The notes under the pieces: generated by a model
Database searches by the model: none
The model's input: only the letters and a program-made list of their open reading frames with translations
What the model was told of the DNA's origin: nothing
Sequence record: MW822008.1
Reading direction: 5' to 3' (one strand)
DNA: 64,000 nt
Translations under genes and position numbers: made by a program
Shown here: positions 1-9,676 of the stretch, one piece after another
Numbering within the stretch: position 1 is the first letter of the stretch
Layout: the number at the start of each line of letters is the position of its first letter

Positions 1-48
1 AGGATATTGATAAATTGAATATTCATTGTGAACTTTAAGGTATAACAA

Positions 49-432
49 ATGATAAACGATGTAATGCTTTATGTATTAATTACTCCGATTCTTATTAACT
101 CAGTAATAACTATTTCAATGGCATTATTTGGTATAGTAGCAATTGTTTATGCGGTTAGTACTGGAAAGTATACTTTAATTAGTAAGGTTGATTCATGGTT
201 CGCATCTGATAGTGTACCATATTCAGCTAGTATGATTACGATTGGTATTCTAATCGTTGCATTTACACTGCACTGTATTGGTTTTATTAATACAAGTATT
301 TTTTCAGTTTTTATTGGTCTATCATTATATCCATCACTTTGGTACTTGATTTATGTAATCGATGTTTGGTATAATAACTACAAGCAGTACAAAGTGAAGA
401 AATCCATTTTATCCAAAGGAAACAAATCATGA
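49..432 (+). CDS. hypothetical membrane protein
   Basis: ORF with 3 hydrophobic segments and a basic C-tail. Confidence 0.75.
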   Translation: MINDVMLYVLITPILINSVITISMALFGIVAIVYAVSTGKYTLISKVDSWFASDSVPYSASMITIGILIVAFTLHCIGFINTSIFSVFIGLSLYPSLWYLIYVIDVWYNNYKQYKVKKSILSKGNKS

Positions 433-779
433 AAGTAATTTTGTTTTTTGTTTGTATGATTATATGTGGTATGTCTTATGCAGAACCATTACCTGGACTA
501 GTCTGTACTGAAGGTGATATTAAACACATTTACCAAGGTGATAGCGATGACCATACTATCGTTTATATCGATGGTGAAGTGTATAATTTTGTTAAAGAAC
601 ATACTGTAGGTGACATTAGTTTTACGCAGTACTCGAATGATACTGATCCCAATATGCTTGCATTTCTTCAAGTTGATGTATATGAAGAAAGTAATGGCGA
701 ACAGTATGTTAAACTTGTGATGATGCGTAAGGCAGCAAAACAGGCAACATTCGGTGGCTTGTGTAAATATGAGGACTAA
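429..779 (+). CDS. secreted/periplasmic protein
   Basis: signal-peptide-like N-terminus, paired Cys, ATGA overlap with upstream gene. Confidence 0.75.
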   Translation: MKVILFFVCMIICGMSYAEPLPGLVCTEGDIKHIYQGDSDDHTIVYIDGEVYNFVKEHTVGDISFTQYSNDTDPNMLAFLQVDVYEESNGEQYVKLVMMRKAAKQATFGGLCKYED

Positions 780-783
780 ACAT

Positions 784-975
784 ATGTTGATTTATCAATG
801 TGATAACATTCGTGTTATGCAGCATCCATACTTACAAATCTTTGATGTGCAGCAGTATATGGAAGGTGATGATCCAAGAACCTATGGTCGTAAGTATGAT
901 TACTTCACTGTAAAGCAGTGTCGTGACATCAAAGAAGTACGACAATTAGTTCAAGAACTTCAAAATAAAGGTTGA
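784..975 (+). CDS. hypothetical protein
   Basis: GAGG RBS before ATG 784; ends in terminator. Confidence 0.7.
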   Translation: MLIYQCDNIRVMQHPYLQIFDVQQYMEGDDPRTYGRKYDYFTVKQCRDIKEVRQLVQELQNKG

Positions 976-1001
976 CTTCGGTCAACCTTTTTTGTTATAA
1001 T
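968..1001 (+). promoter_or_regulatory. fused intrinsic terminator / sigma70 promoter
   Basis: hairpin GGTTGAC-TTCG-GTCAACC plus T-tract; TTGACT 972-977, TG-n-TATAAT 996-1001. Confidence 0.85.
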
Positions 1002-1030
1002 TATTTCATCAACTACTGGGGATTTTAATT

Positions 1031-1471
1031 ATGTACGTATATCGTTTTGAACTTAAATTCAGTTATATTGAACCTAACTTAGATCCAGCAAAAACAGTAG
1101 GGCCGTTCGCACGGTACTCTTCACGATACAGTACTAAAAATGGATTTGACCGTTTGTGCATGACCACGCCTTCGCAATTCCAACCAGAACCAACTGAAGA
1201 TGGAATCTATTCAATCAAACGTGGCTGGGCATTTGGCTGTCAGAGTTTGAATGATTTGTTTAAGTTCTTTACTATGGACTTGGGTAAATTACATCGTGCA
1301 GGGTTTGCTGTATCAGTATATGAAGTTCCTGATAATCATGTTGACATTGGTCGTAGTCAGGTTCAGTACTATTGTGGTAGTGCCAATCTGGTTCGTATTA
1401 TGTCAGTGAGAGAAGCAAAGGATGAGTACCGCCAAAGTAAAAGAGTAATACATGAGGCTGTATATGGATAA
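1031..1471 (+). CDS. conserved phage hypothetical protein (possible ART-like fold)
   Basis: VYRFE...GPF...PEP.EDG...FGCQSL...GF.VSVYEV...QVQY pattern; fold is inference. Confidence 0.7.
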   Translation: MYVYRFELKFSYIEPNLDPAKTVGPFARYSSRYSTKNGFDRLCMTTPSQFQPEPTEDGIYSIKRGWAFGCQSLNDLFKFFTMDLGKLHRAGFAVSVYEVPDNHVDIGRSQVQYYCGSANLVRIMSVREAKDEYRQSKRVIHEAVYG

Positions 1472-1808
1472 GACTCAAATAGAATTAAAAAAATTTGTAT
1501 CGTTTTATCTACCCAATGACCCACGTTGTACACAATATGATGTTGCATATTACAATGCATTGACTACACAGTTAATGAAGAAATTCAAACAGTGCTTGAC
1601 TGTATTCAATGATGATGGTAGACGTAGATATAGAATCATTCCAATGAATGATGAAAACGATAACTACTTTGACTTTGATGTTGTTTTTCGAGCATACAAT
1701 GATGATAGAATAAAATTAAATTATGAGCAAATAATGCTTGACCTGAGTGTTATCTGTGTTATAATTACTCACATAGCCGAACTTGATGGTTTAAAAGAAT
1801 GGTATTAA
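1464..1808 (+). CDS. hypothetical protein
   Basis: GAGG RBS before ATG 1464. Confidence 0.7.
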   Translation: MDKTQIELKKFVSFYLPNDPRCTQYDVAYYNALTTQLMKKFKQCLTVFNDDGRRRYRIIPMNDENDNYFDFDVVFRAYNDDRIKLNYEQIMLDLSVICVIITHIAELDGLKEWY

Positions 1809-1822
1809 CTTAGAGGATAATC

Positions 1823-2089
1823 ATGAAGCTTAAATTACAATACAATGGTTTTACTTTGCGTAACGACACTGAGTTTGTCAATCGTTCACCCGGTGCTGAG
1901 TTGTTTTTGCGAGAGATGAACATTCCTTTCGTCATCACTACTGTTGGTGACCGTGAAGTGCTACAATACGCAGAGCATCAAGTTATTGATGTTCCGTGGT
2001 ATTCTGAGCATATGTATATGGATATGGCCCGTCGCTACGACTGTAAGTTCGTAGTTGAAGGTGATAAAATTACAGTCCAATTCAAATAA
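1823..2089 (+). CDS. hypothetical protein
   Basis: GAGGA RBS, operon context. Confidence 0.75.
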   Translation: MKLKLQYNGFTLRNDTEFVNRSPGAELFLREMNIPFVITTVGDREVLQYAEHQVIDVPWYSEHMYMDMARRYDCKFVVEGDKITVQFK

Positions 2090-2100
2090 GGTAACTTAAA

Positions 2101-2394
2101 ATGATCAGTACTTCAGTAAATGCAAGCATCGTGGCAGACGTAGAAATGGTTAAAGAATGTACAGACGAAACCCTTCGCAACATGTACATCAATGATTTGA
2201 TTTCAGAGTACGGAAGTCGTGGTGTTCATGAGTTTGTTCGCCTAAGCGGTGAATTGATGAAGAATCGCATTCGTATGAAGCTTAATGTGCATCCAAAAGC
2301 ATGGGCGTTTACAATGAAGTACGCTGAAGATATTGTTGAGTTGCGTCGCAATGATGTGTATAATCGTTTACACAATGGTACATTAAAGGACTAA
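2101..2394 (+). CDS. hypothetical protein
   Basis: AAGGT RBS; followed by hairpin GGAATCC-GTAAAA-GGATTCC. Confidence 0.75.
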   Translation: MISTSVNASIVADVEMVKECTDETLRNMYINDLISEYGSRGVHEFVRLSGELMKNRIRMKLNVHPKAWAFTMKYAEDIVELRRNDVYNRLHNGTLKD

Positions 2395-2444
2395 ATTATA
2401 GGAATCCGTAAAAGGATTCCTGTTCTTGTTTATAAGGTAATAAA

Positions 2445-2669
2445 ATGAAATATCTAGTACTAGTACTGCTATTCTTGAGTACTGTTGTATGTGCTAAACC
2501 AAAGTATCATGTAGTGTGTATCAACGAGATGGAAGGATATACTGAAACATATAAGAACCATATTGTTGAAGTTGCAGCCCAAGGTTCCTATGGGACCATC
2601 ATCTTCCTTAAGAACAATGTGATTGTTCAGTACAAAAAAGATTTAAATTGTAAAGTGACTAAAAAATGA
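2445..2669 (+). CDS. small secreted protein
   Basis: signal-peptide-like N-terminus, Cys pair. Confidence 0.7.
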   Translation: MKYLVLVLLFLSTVVCAKPKYHVVCINEMEGYTETYKNHIVEVAAQGSYGTIIFLKNNVIVQYKKDLNCKVTKK

Positions 2670-2739
2670 TCTAGATCAATTTTTCAGATATTCTCTGTAA
2701 ATAATAGCAGTACAGAACATTATTTTACGGAGGTGTAAT

Positions 2740-2976
2740 ATGGAAACTATAATCATCATATGTGCGTTGTTTGCATTTTTGGTAATGTGGTCACCAACAT
2801 TCATTGCATATAAAATGAAAAATAAAAATGCAGAAGCAATTATGTACGTAAACTTATGTTGCATACTAACTTATGGAATACTTTTATTCTTTACTGAATT
2901 TACATTAATCCCAGTAGTAGTTTGTTCATCAATGTTTATTTGGTTGTTTCTGCTTTATGAATCTATTAAAAAATAA
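2740..2976 (+). CDS. T4 Imm-like superinfection immunity membrane protein
   Basis: W.PTFIAYKMKNKN..AI..VNL motif typical of the Imm family. Confidence 0.6.
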   Translation: METIIIICALFAFLVMWSPTFIAYKMKNKNAEAIMYVNLCCILTYGILLFFTEFTLIPVVVCSSMFIWLFLLYESIKK

Positions 2977-3030
2977 AAGATATAGGGTTGGTAATATGCC
3001 ATCCCTTTTACTTTATGTGGGGTTTAATTA

Positions 3031-3603
3031 ATGAATAGAAAAGGTAAGTTCAAAGTATCAAAGAAGAACAAAAGTTCTAGATTTAGACCTATAACTTTAA
3101 CTTTTAAGGCTAAAGAAGAATTAACTGCACTTAGTAAAAAGATAATTTCATCTAAGATTAAAGTATCATACGTAAATTCGGTAAAATTTCAGAAGGTTAA
3201 ACCACAAGACAAACTCATTTCACTTATATTTAAACGTAATGATTTTGAGATATTAGTAGATGATTATAGAGCCTATAATGCTGGATTCATTCATGTCACT
3301 TGTAATACCGAACTAACTGAGTTGGAACATTTGACATGTATCATAAGTGTAGATAACGGTGTGGTGAAGTACAATTTTTTACATTTTACCAATATCAATA
3401 ATGGAATGGGTGTACAATCCAGACCTATAGTACCTACATGTGATGTGACTAATTTAGCAAAGCTCAATGAAGAAGAATATTTTCAAGAAAGCATTGTAAC
3501 TGAGCATTTAGATGCTATAATAGCAACTTACAAAGAATGCATATGGGTTTTGAATGCGATAAAGCCCAAATTGTGTTTAATGAATGTCGTTCGTGATTTA
3601 TAA
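3031..3603 (+). CDS. hypothetical protein, basic N-terminus/EExxFQxS family
   Basis: paralogous to 19998 and 40123 (KLNEEEYFQESIV). Confidence 0.7.
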   Translation: MNRKGKFKVSKKNKSSRFRPITLTFKAKEELTALSKKIISSKIKVSYVNSVKFQKVKPQDKLISLIFKRNDFEILVDDYRAYNAGFIHVTCNTELTELEHLTCIISVDNGVVKYNFLHFTNINNGMGVQSRPIVPTCDVTNLAKLNEEEYFQESIVTEHLDAIIATYKECIWVLNAIKPKLCLMNVVRDL

Positions 3604-3616
3604 CTGGAGATGTAGT

Positions 3617-4060
3617 ATGGGTTGGATTAACGTTAATAGCATTGAACTAAATGAGCAAGACATATTTGCCTTTGTTAATTTGGTAGAGAACATTGCTATT
3701 AAAGGTCGTCTGTTTAGTTCATCGGACGGTAAAAAATGGATCTCTCTTATGAACGACAATGGCGAGATTTATGACGTTATGCAACTACCTCATTGGGCTT
3801 ATAAGAATACATCTGATGATGTGATGGCTGCTGTTATGCGTGAGTTTGAGAAGCTGCCAGGTGGTGATATTAAGAACATCGTATTCAATGCAGAACGCAT
3901 GAACTACACACCAGAGCAGCTTCAACAGTTGGCAATTGCTGCCTATCAAGCTGCCATTAAGAAACCTGAATGTGTGATATTAAAGTACACACCGAACTTG
4001 AAGTTAACATTAGAAGATATGGATTCCTTTATCTTCAGTTCAGAACTTAAACAGTACTGA
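3617..4060 (+). CDS. hypothetical protein
   Basis: GGAG RBS before ATG 3617. Confidence 0.75.
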   Translation: MGWINVNSIELNEQDIFAFVNLVENIAIKGRLFSSSDGKKWISLMNDNGEIYDVMQLPHWAYKNTSDDVMAAVMREFEKLPGGDIKNIVFNAERMNYTPEQLQQLAIAAYQAAIKKPECVILKYTPNLKLTLEDMDSFIFSSELKQY

Positions 4061-4131
4061 TTTGACTTTGGAACAACCATTTCATATGTGATATAATCTT
4101 AAGTGTCTGTTGAAATAAACAGCACATGAAG

Positions 4132-4139
4132 TATAAATA
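4132..4139 (+). promoter_or_regulatory. T4-type late promoter TATAAATA
   Basis: exact TATAAATA 33 nt upstream of ORF 4172. Confidence 0.6.
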
Positions 4140-4171
4140 TTAAAGTAATTTATCTCTTTAAGGAGTATGAA

Positions 4172-4555
4172 ATGGTTGATAAATGGAATAAGAAAGATCC
4201 ATCGCATGATGTGGATATTTCTGGAATTGATAATGCACATAAGCATAAGTATCTTGATTCACTAGGTCTACTAAAGCCTGACCAAAGTCTTGCACATGAT
4301 CGTCCTTCACGTGAAAAAGCTTTCAGTCTAGAATCACTAGGCCATGAATTGAATCGTGTATTTGAAGATCATCCAATTTATGTACGTGATATCATTGAGA
4401 AACTTAAAGTGACTCCTAAAGAGCACTTCAAGGCAACAGTACACGCAGCATTCCGTGCACTACATGAAGCACTAAAGAAAACTCATAACCTTCGCAAGAT
4501 TCATGATGACATCGTGAACTCTATTGAAGGCGAAAAACATAAGTTTAAAAAATAA
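4172..4555 (+). CDS. hypothetical protein, probably late/virion-internal
   Basis: AAGGAG RBS, late promoter, highly charged. Confidence 0.7.
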   Translation: MVDKWNKKDPSHDVDISGIDNAHKHKYLDSLGLLKPDQSLAHDRPSREKAFSLESLGHELNRVFEDHPIYVRDIIEKLKVTPKEHFKATVHAAFRALHEALKKTHNLRKIHDDIVNSIEGEKHKFKK

Positions 4556-4561
4556 TTAAAA

Positions 4562-4595
4562 GGGGTTGACTTCAGTCAGCCCTTTGTCGTATAAT
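4562..4595 (+). promoter_or_regulatory. fused terminator / sigma70 promoter
   Basis: GGGTTGAC-TTCA-GTCAGCCC; TTGACT 4566, TATAAT 4590. Confidence 0.8.
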
Positions 4596-4642
4596 ATTTT
4601 CATCAAGTGATACAAAATACAAACAACGTGAGGTATTAAATT

Positions 4643-4756
4643 ATGCAAGGTACTAAATTCATCATCGCTGCCCTAATCGCTGCTGTTGTAGTGGGTACAG
4701 TATGTTATTCAATTGACACCTATATCAATACACCTAGTGTTGAACAAACCAAATAA
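4643..4756 (+). CDS. 37-aa single-TM protein (not in ORF track)
   Basis: GAGGT RBS, MQGTKFIIAALIAAVVVGTVC. Confidence 0.6.
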   Translation: MQGTKFIIAALIAAVVVGTVCYSIDTYINTPSVEQTK

Positions 4757-4764
4757 GGGATATC

Positions 4765-5028
4765 ATGGCTGAAACATTATCACTATATGCGTTAGTACTG
4801 TTATTTGTCGGATTTCTTCCCGCACTCATTACCGCCATTCGTGTTGTTAAACATGAAGCTGCATTGATTGTATGTAGTATTGGGTCGAACATTCTATTGT
4901 ATTTCTTTTTGACAAATACTATTGTACTGTTTGCTTTCTTTATCATGATTCTCTGGGTACTTGTAATTCTCGGATTCTTCATTTGGTCATTGGTTGATCC
5001 TAAGAAAAAATCAGGAGAAGTGAAATGA
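4765..5028 (+). CDS. Imm-like membrane protein
   Basis: FLPALITA..VKHE motif, 2-3 TM, similar to 2740. Confidence 0.5.
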   Translation: MAETLSLYALVLLFVGFLPALITAIRVVKHEAALIVCSIGSNILLYFFLTNTIVLFAFFIMILWVLVILGFFIWSLVDPKKKSGEVK

Positions 5029-5321
5029 AATTAATTATTGCAATGATGATGTGTTTGGCTTTCCCTGTACTGGCTACTCCTAATCTGGACTGCACACTGT
5101 TGCGTTCAGATGGTGACACACTTGAAATCAACACATATGAACTCTTTGGTCCAAGTGTAGTGGAGAATGAAACCACCTACAATTTCAAAGCTATTGACTT
5201 TGAAGGTAATGTTCCAGTACTAACTACAATGACTATTGACAAAACTACTTTACTCGGACGAATCACCACACAACGAGGTGAAAGTAAAACATTCACAGCG
5301 AAAGCTGACTGTAACTACTAA
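5025..5321 (+). CDS. secreted/periplasmic protein
   Basis: signal peptide, N- and C-terminal Cys. Confidence 0.75.
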   Translation: MKLIIAMMMCLAFPVLATPNLDCTLLRSDGDTLEINTYELFGPSVVENETTYNFKAIDFEGNVPVLTTMTIDKTTLLGRITTQRGESKTFTAKADCNY

Positions 5322-5342
5322 TGGTATAGTACAGTGAAAATA

Positions 5343-5381
5343 GGGTTGACTTCGGTCAACCTTTTCTTTATACTATAAATA
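5343..5381 (+). promoter_or_regulatory. terminator fused to sigma70 promoter and late promoter
   Basis: UUCG hairpin, TTGACT 5346/TATACT 5369, TATAAATA 5374-5381. Confidence 0.7.
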
Positions 5382-5426
5382 TAGTCATAGAGAATAAACA
5401 ATATGAAATCTATGGAGAGAAATCAA

Positions 5427-6914
5427 ATGCCAGGTCAATTTACTGATAAAAATGGCGGGAACATGGCAGGTCACTCTGATAAATGGAGTGAACGCAATCG
5501 TCGTCAAAATAGCTACCAAGCAGGACAGGGGTCACGTGGTTCACGTAATCAAGGGACAGGTTTAGCTGGTAAGGCAAACGCAGAAGCAGGTGAAGTTAAG
5601 AGTACTGAGAACATGACTGAGCTAGAAAAGCTACGTTATGTTAACTCATTAGGTCTTCTTAACGCAACACAGAAACAACGCCTTGCTGATATGGAACGTG
5701 CTGAGAAAGAACAAGCAGTTCCTAAAGAAGAACCAAAACCAGAAGCTCCTAAAGCAGCTAACCCTGTTAAAGAGTTATCTGATAACTTAGGTAAGATCTT
5801 TGCTAACAAACCACAGTTGATTCAGGGTATTGTCAAAGCACTACAGGCAGTTCCTAAAGAAGAACTCAAAGGTAAAGCACAAGCTGTACTTGATGCAATG
5901 AAAGGTAATAAGAGCACTGAACCCACTGAAGTATTCAGTACTATCATGCGTGCACTTGAAGGTACACACAAAGAAGATTCCAAAGAACCTGAACAGGGTG
6001 AAGCAAGTCTTGATGGTATTCTTAAAACTTTTGATAGTATTGGTAAAGCAGACCGTGCTAATGCCCAGCAAGTCAAGAATGTACTGGCTAAACTTGAAAA
6101 CCGTTTAGAAGGTAAAGATGATAAGGTTAAGCTCGTATCAGATGCAGTTAACAGTGCACTTAAATCTTATGTACAAGGTGAGAAAAGTCGCTTCGTAACA
6201 GCTATGGATGCTGCATTCAACACTATGAAAAAGTATGAAGCAGAACATGGTGAGAAAGTGACACCTGATGGATATCTACTACGTAAAGATGAAGAAGGTG
6301 CAGTTGAACAGAAAGATGTTGAGCCTGAGCAAGAAGATCTACCTGATACCGTTGATATGGATGGATACATTCATCGTCCTGAGATGGAAGAGTTTGGGTC
6401 AGATAAAGAAGGTTTTGAACATGCAATGGCAGTATATAAAGCATTAGTTAAAAATCCAGATTATGCTAACCGTTTTGTTGACGAGTTTGATAGTGCATGG
6501 AATAACTACAAAGAGAAAGGTTATGACTTCCCTGCTGAAGCTGCATTCTTTGAACTTGGTAAACTATTAGCTAAACATGGAATTGACGTTGGTTCATCTG
6601 ATTCTGACGGTATGGAAGAAGAACATCTTGAAATGACTGATAAATCAATTCATGAACTTCAAAAGTTAATGATGTGGATATCCGAGATTGGTAAAAAAGC
6701 AGGTGCTGATAGTAAAAGTATCAACAAAAATATTAGTTGGATTAAAGATAATGTTGGTAACAATGCTCGTAAACTTCAAAAGGCTTGGGCTGATTTAGTA
6801 AATGGTGCAGATGATGTTGACATTGAATCACCAGAAGCATATGAGTATGCACTAACTACACTTGATAACTCATTCAAAGAGTACGACCGTGGTGTTGGAA
6901 AGGATAAAAAATAA
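5427..6914 (+). CDS. large charged helical protein, putative virion-internal protein
   Basis: GGAG RBS favours ATG 5427; late promoter; E/K/D/A rich. Confidence 0.7.
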   Translation: MPGQFTDKNGGNMAGHSDKWSERNRRQNSYQAGQGSRGSRNQGTGLAGKANAEAGEVKSTENMTELEKLRYVNSLGLLNATQKQRLADMERAEKEQAVPKEEPKPEAPKAANPVKELSDNLGKIFANKPQLIQGIVKALQAVPKEELKGKAQAVLDAMKGNKSTEPTEVFSTIMRALEGTHKEDSKEPEQGEASLDGILKTFDSIGKADRANAQQVKNVLAKLENRLEGKDDKVKLVSDAVNSALKSYVQGEKSRFVTAMDAAFNTMKKYEAEHGEKVTPDGYLLRKDEEGAVEQKDVEPEQEDLPDTVDMDGYIHRPEMEEFGSDKEGFEHAMAVYKALVKNPDYANRFVDEFDSAWNNYKEKGYDFPAEAAFFELGKLLAKHGIDVGSSDSDGMEEEHLEMTDKSIHELQKLMMWISEIGKKAGADSKSINKNISWIKDNVGNNARKLQKAWADLVNGADDVDIESPEAYEYALTTLDNSFKEYDRGVGKDKK

Positions 6915-6920
6915 ACATTT

Positions 6921-6956
6921 AAAAGGTTGACTTCGGTCAACCTTTTTTTGTAAATA
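6921..6956 (+). terminator. UUCG intrinsic terminator followed by TGTAAATA late-like promoter
   Basis: AAAAGGTTGAC-TTCG-GTCAACCTTTT. Confidence 0.8.
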
Positions 6957-6985
6957 TTGTAGAGGGTTTTATAAGAGGTAATGCA

Positions 6986-7598
6986 ATGTTTAAATATGTT
7001 TTATTTTCACTTGTATTGTTTACTGATATAGTTTATAGTACTGAATACCAGTGCTCCATTGCTAGACAGGAGTTTAGAAACGGTGAGTTCTATACCAAGT
7101 CTTACACTAGAGGATTGGTACATGACAATAATAAAACTATAGGGTTCAATGCATTTGATAACAAAGATCGATATACGTCTGGAATACTATCTGAACGTAA
7201 GTCGGATATACTAGGTATCGAGCGTGAATTCCGGTGACACGGTTGCAATGTGTAATGATATTGAGAGTACTAAGAAAGTATATACTAATGGTGAAAATAC
7301 CTTTAGATTCCACAATCTTACTACCAATGAAAGTTTATACTTCTACAACTGTAAAGAGTTCATTAAACCTGCGGATAACTCATGTGATATGCCGGAGCCA
7401 AAAGCTGCTGTATGTGAGGAACCACAATCTAAAGCTGACAAAGATTCAAAAGATAAGAAAGACAAAGCTGACAAATCGGATAAAAAAGAAAACAAAAAGA
7501 AAGCTAAAGATGATAAAGATAAAAAGTCCCCTAAGCCAAATCCATTTGAAAAGCCAAAGAATGAAAAGCCAAAACCAGACATGACATGTAAAATATAA
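6986..7598 (+). pseudogene. secreted protein apparently split by a frameshift near 7215-7225 (ORFs 6986-7237 and 7224-7598)
   Basis: joined product aligns by pattern with intact neighbour 7665-8078; second ORF lacks a good RBS; K/D-rich tail. Confidence 0.5.
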
Positions 7599-7605
7599 AA
7601 GAAAA

Positions 7606-7638
7606 GGGTTGACTTCGGTCGGCCCTTTTTGCTATAAT
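7606..7638 (+). promoter_or_regulatory. fused terminator / sigma70 promoter
   Basis: GGGTTGACTTCGGTCGGCCCTTTTTGCTATAAT. Confidence 0.85.
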
Positions 7639-7664
7639 CATTTCATCAACTACTGGAGGCAAAC

Positions 7665-8078
7665 ATGTTAAAAGTTATTTTCCGTTCTATCAGTTCATTA
7701 CTTCTTATGATTAGTTCAGTTTGTTATGCAAATGAAGTATCTGATTTATTTGAGAAGAATTACCCAACTGCACAAGAGATGGGTGTTTTAAAATGCAAGC
7801 TAACTTCGTACAACATCATCGGCAGTAAACTTGTACTGGAACATGAACGTAGTACACCAATCCCTCTAGTAGAAGAAGGTAGTACCTTTAGCTTCAAGTA
7901 CGGGGTGAATGTAACATCTGGTGTAATGAACAATGTTGATGCAGAGACTGGTTCAACATGGAGTACTAGCGGTAAAGATGTGTTTCATCGTATGCGTGAA
8001 AATGGTAAACTGAAGTACGTATATGAAAGTTCATTCATGAAACGTGTATTCATTATAAAAAATTGTGTACCAGCATAA
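7665..8078 (+). CDS. secreted/periplasmic protein
   Basis: signal peptide, terminal NC motif. Confidence 0.75.
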   Translation: MLKVIFRSISSLLLMISSVCYANEVSDLFEKNYPTAQEMGVLKCKLTSYNIIGSKLVLEHERSTPIPLVEEGSTFSFKYGVNVTSGVMNNVDAETGSTWSTSGKDVFHRMRENGKLKYVYESSFMKRVFIIKNCVPA

Positions 8079-8089
8079 GGAACAACATC

Positions 8090-8365
8090 ATGCGTTCATT
8101 TGAAAACTTAATCGGTAAACTTCGCTTACAAGAAATTGAAGCTGATGTGAAGGAATTATCTGAAACTAAGAGTTACATTCATTTAGATGAACTGTTTATT
8201 AAGTACGGTGAGATTGGTTTTAAGTCATTATTTGTTTTTGTCATGAAGGTGCATAGTTTAAAGTACTTTGATTTGAGTTCAAAAGACGGACAACCAAATC
8301 TGTATTACATGTATTATCTTAAGAACATAGACGAAGCTAATACATTATTCTTAGAATATATGTAG
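8090..8365 (+). CDS. hypothetical protein
   Basis: AAGGA RBS before ATG 8090. Confidence 0.7.
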   Translation: MRSFENLIGKLRLQEIEADVKELSETKSYIHLDELFIKYGEIGFKSLFVFVMKVHSLKYFDLSSKDGQPNLYYMYYLKNIDEANTLFLEYM

Positions 8366-8374
8366 GGGTAAAAA

Positions 8375-8713
8375 ATGGAACAACATTTTGAATTAATTAA
8401 TAAGGTATCATTTTATGTAGTATCGTTAATTTGGGTGTATTACATGTTTTGTTACATTATTGCATTCTTCCGATACACGACCTTGTATCAACGCATATAC
8501 TACGATGCACCAATTTCATTTTTGATGTTCAGTGCATGTACGTGGGGGATAATTGAAGCACTGGTATGTGGATATAGTACGGACGAATTAAATCTCGTAT
8601 CGGTGTTGACATTACTAACAATTGCTACTATGATAGCTACAGTTCCGATATTTTTGCTCTTTAAACTGCTTCATCGCATCGATGAGTGGCGTAATAAAAT
8701 CCCTGAAAAGTAA
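8375..8713 (+). CDS. 3-TM membrane protein family member
   Basis: FFRYTTLYQRIY and C-terminal WRNKIPEK. Confidence 0.75.
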   Translation: MEQHFELINKVSFYVVSLIWVYYMFCYIIAFFRYTTLYQRIYYDAPISFLMFSACTWGIIEALVCGYSTDELNLVSVLTLLTIATMIATVPIFLLFKLLHRIDEWRNKIPEK

Positions 8714-8722
8714 GGATTGATA

Positions 8723-9064
8723 ATGATTTTTTACACTAATGCGTTTGCTTATGCCGTTGCATCAATCTACATTGTGTACTTCTTATTTGGTGGAGTACTG
8801 TACTTCTTTAAGTACAAAACATTGTTTAACCGAATGTATCCAAATCACCCAATTGTAGTAGTACTTTTGATTATTTCTGTTGCTCACATCATTGTAGAAA
8901 CAATAATGGGTATTAGTGCAGTACATTACAGTCTAGGTACTATTGTAATTATTACTATGATCATCGCATACATTTTAGTAATGGGTTCTGGTTTATTTGG
9001 GAATGTAGCAATGAAAATGTATAATCGAATCAAAACATTACGTGATAATCTACCGGAGCGTTGA
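8723..9064 (+). CDS. 3-TM membrane protein family member
   Basis: YFFKYKTLFNRMYP, LRDNLPER. Confidence 0.75.
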   Translation: MIFYTNAFAYAVASIYIVYFLFGGVLYFFKYKTLFNRMYPNHPIVVVLLIISVAHIIVETIMGISAVHYSLGTIVIITMIIAYILVMGSGLFGNVAMKMYNRIKTLRDNLPER

Positions 9065-9065
9065 G

Positions 9066-9410
9066 ATGTATAATTTAAATTTAATATCATATATCATAAC
9101 AACACTGTTTACTTTCTATGTCTTTGTTGGTATACTCCTACTGTACTTTAAATTTTATAAACTCTTTGACCGTTTATATCCATCATTGAAACATGAATTC
9201 TTATTGGTGATGTACATCTGTTTAACGTGTATGTCTACATTTTTCACTGTATTTGATGGTATCATCGGTATTAAAGCTGAAGATCCAAATGGGAGTACAC
9301 TTGTTGCCTTTATTCTGGTAGGATTCTTCGGTACTTATATCACTTTCATTTCAACATGGTCTGTGGTTGATTATCTCATTAGATTACGAGATAAAATGCC
9401 AAATCGATAG
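9066..9410 (+). CDS. 3-TM membrane protein family member
   Basis: YFKFYKLFDRLYP, LRDKMPNR. Confidence 0.75.
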   Translation: MYNLNLISYIITTLFTFYVFVGILLLYFKFYKLFDRLYPSLKHEFLLVMYICLTCMSTFFTVFDGIIGIKAEDPNGSTLVAFILVGFFGTYITFISTWSVVDYLIRLRDKMPNR

Positions 9411-9418
9411 GGGGTGCT

Positions 9419-9676
9419 ATGTTTGCATTGCGTAATAAAAATACAAAAGAGATTCTATGTATCTCAACAGTATGGGATTGTGCAGGAAGTGAAATGATTC
9501 TCGAAGAAGGTTCAGGTGATTGTGTTTATGTTGTACAGGATCGTCGCGAACTGGAATCATTACTTGACGAATTTAATGCTGGTGGAAATCCTAAAAGTAC
9601 TCAATTCCCTGAGATCAGGAATCCAGCACCACCAGGCTCTTATGAAATTCTACAACTGTGGGAGATGGATAAGTAA
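9419..9676 (+). CDS. hypothetical protein
   Basis: MFALRNKNTKE, similar to 11538. Confidence 0.7.
   Translation: MFALRNKNTKEILCISTVWDCAGSEMILEEGSGDCVYVVQDRRELESLLDEFNAGGNPKSTQFPEIRNPAPPGSYEILQLWEMDK

Noticed and set aside
7234-7584. Alternative-frame 116-aa ORF
   Set aside because: By-product of the low-complexity K/D repeat in the 7224 frame.
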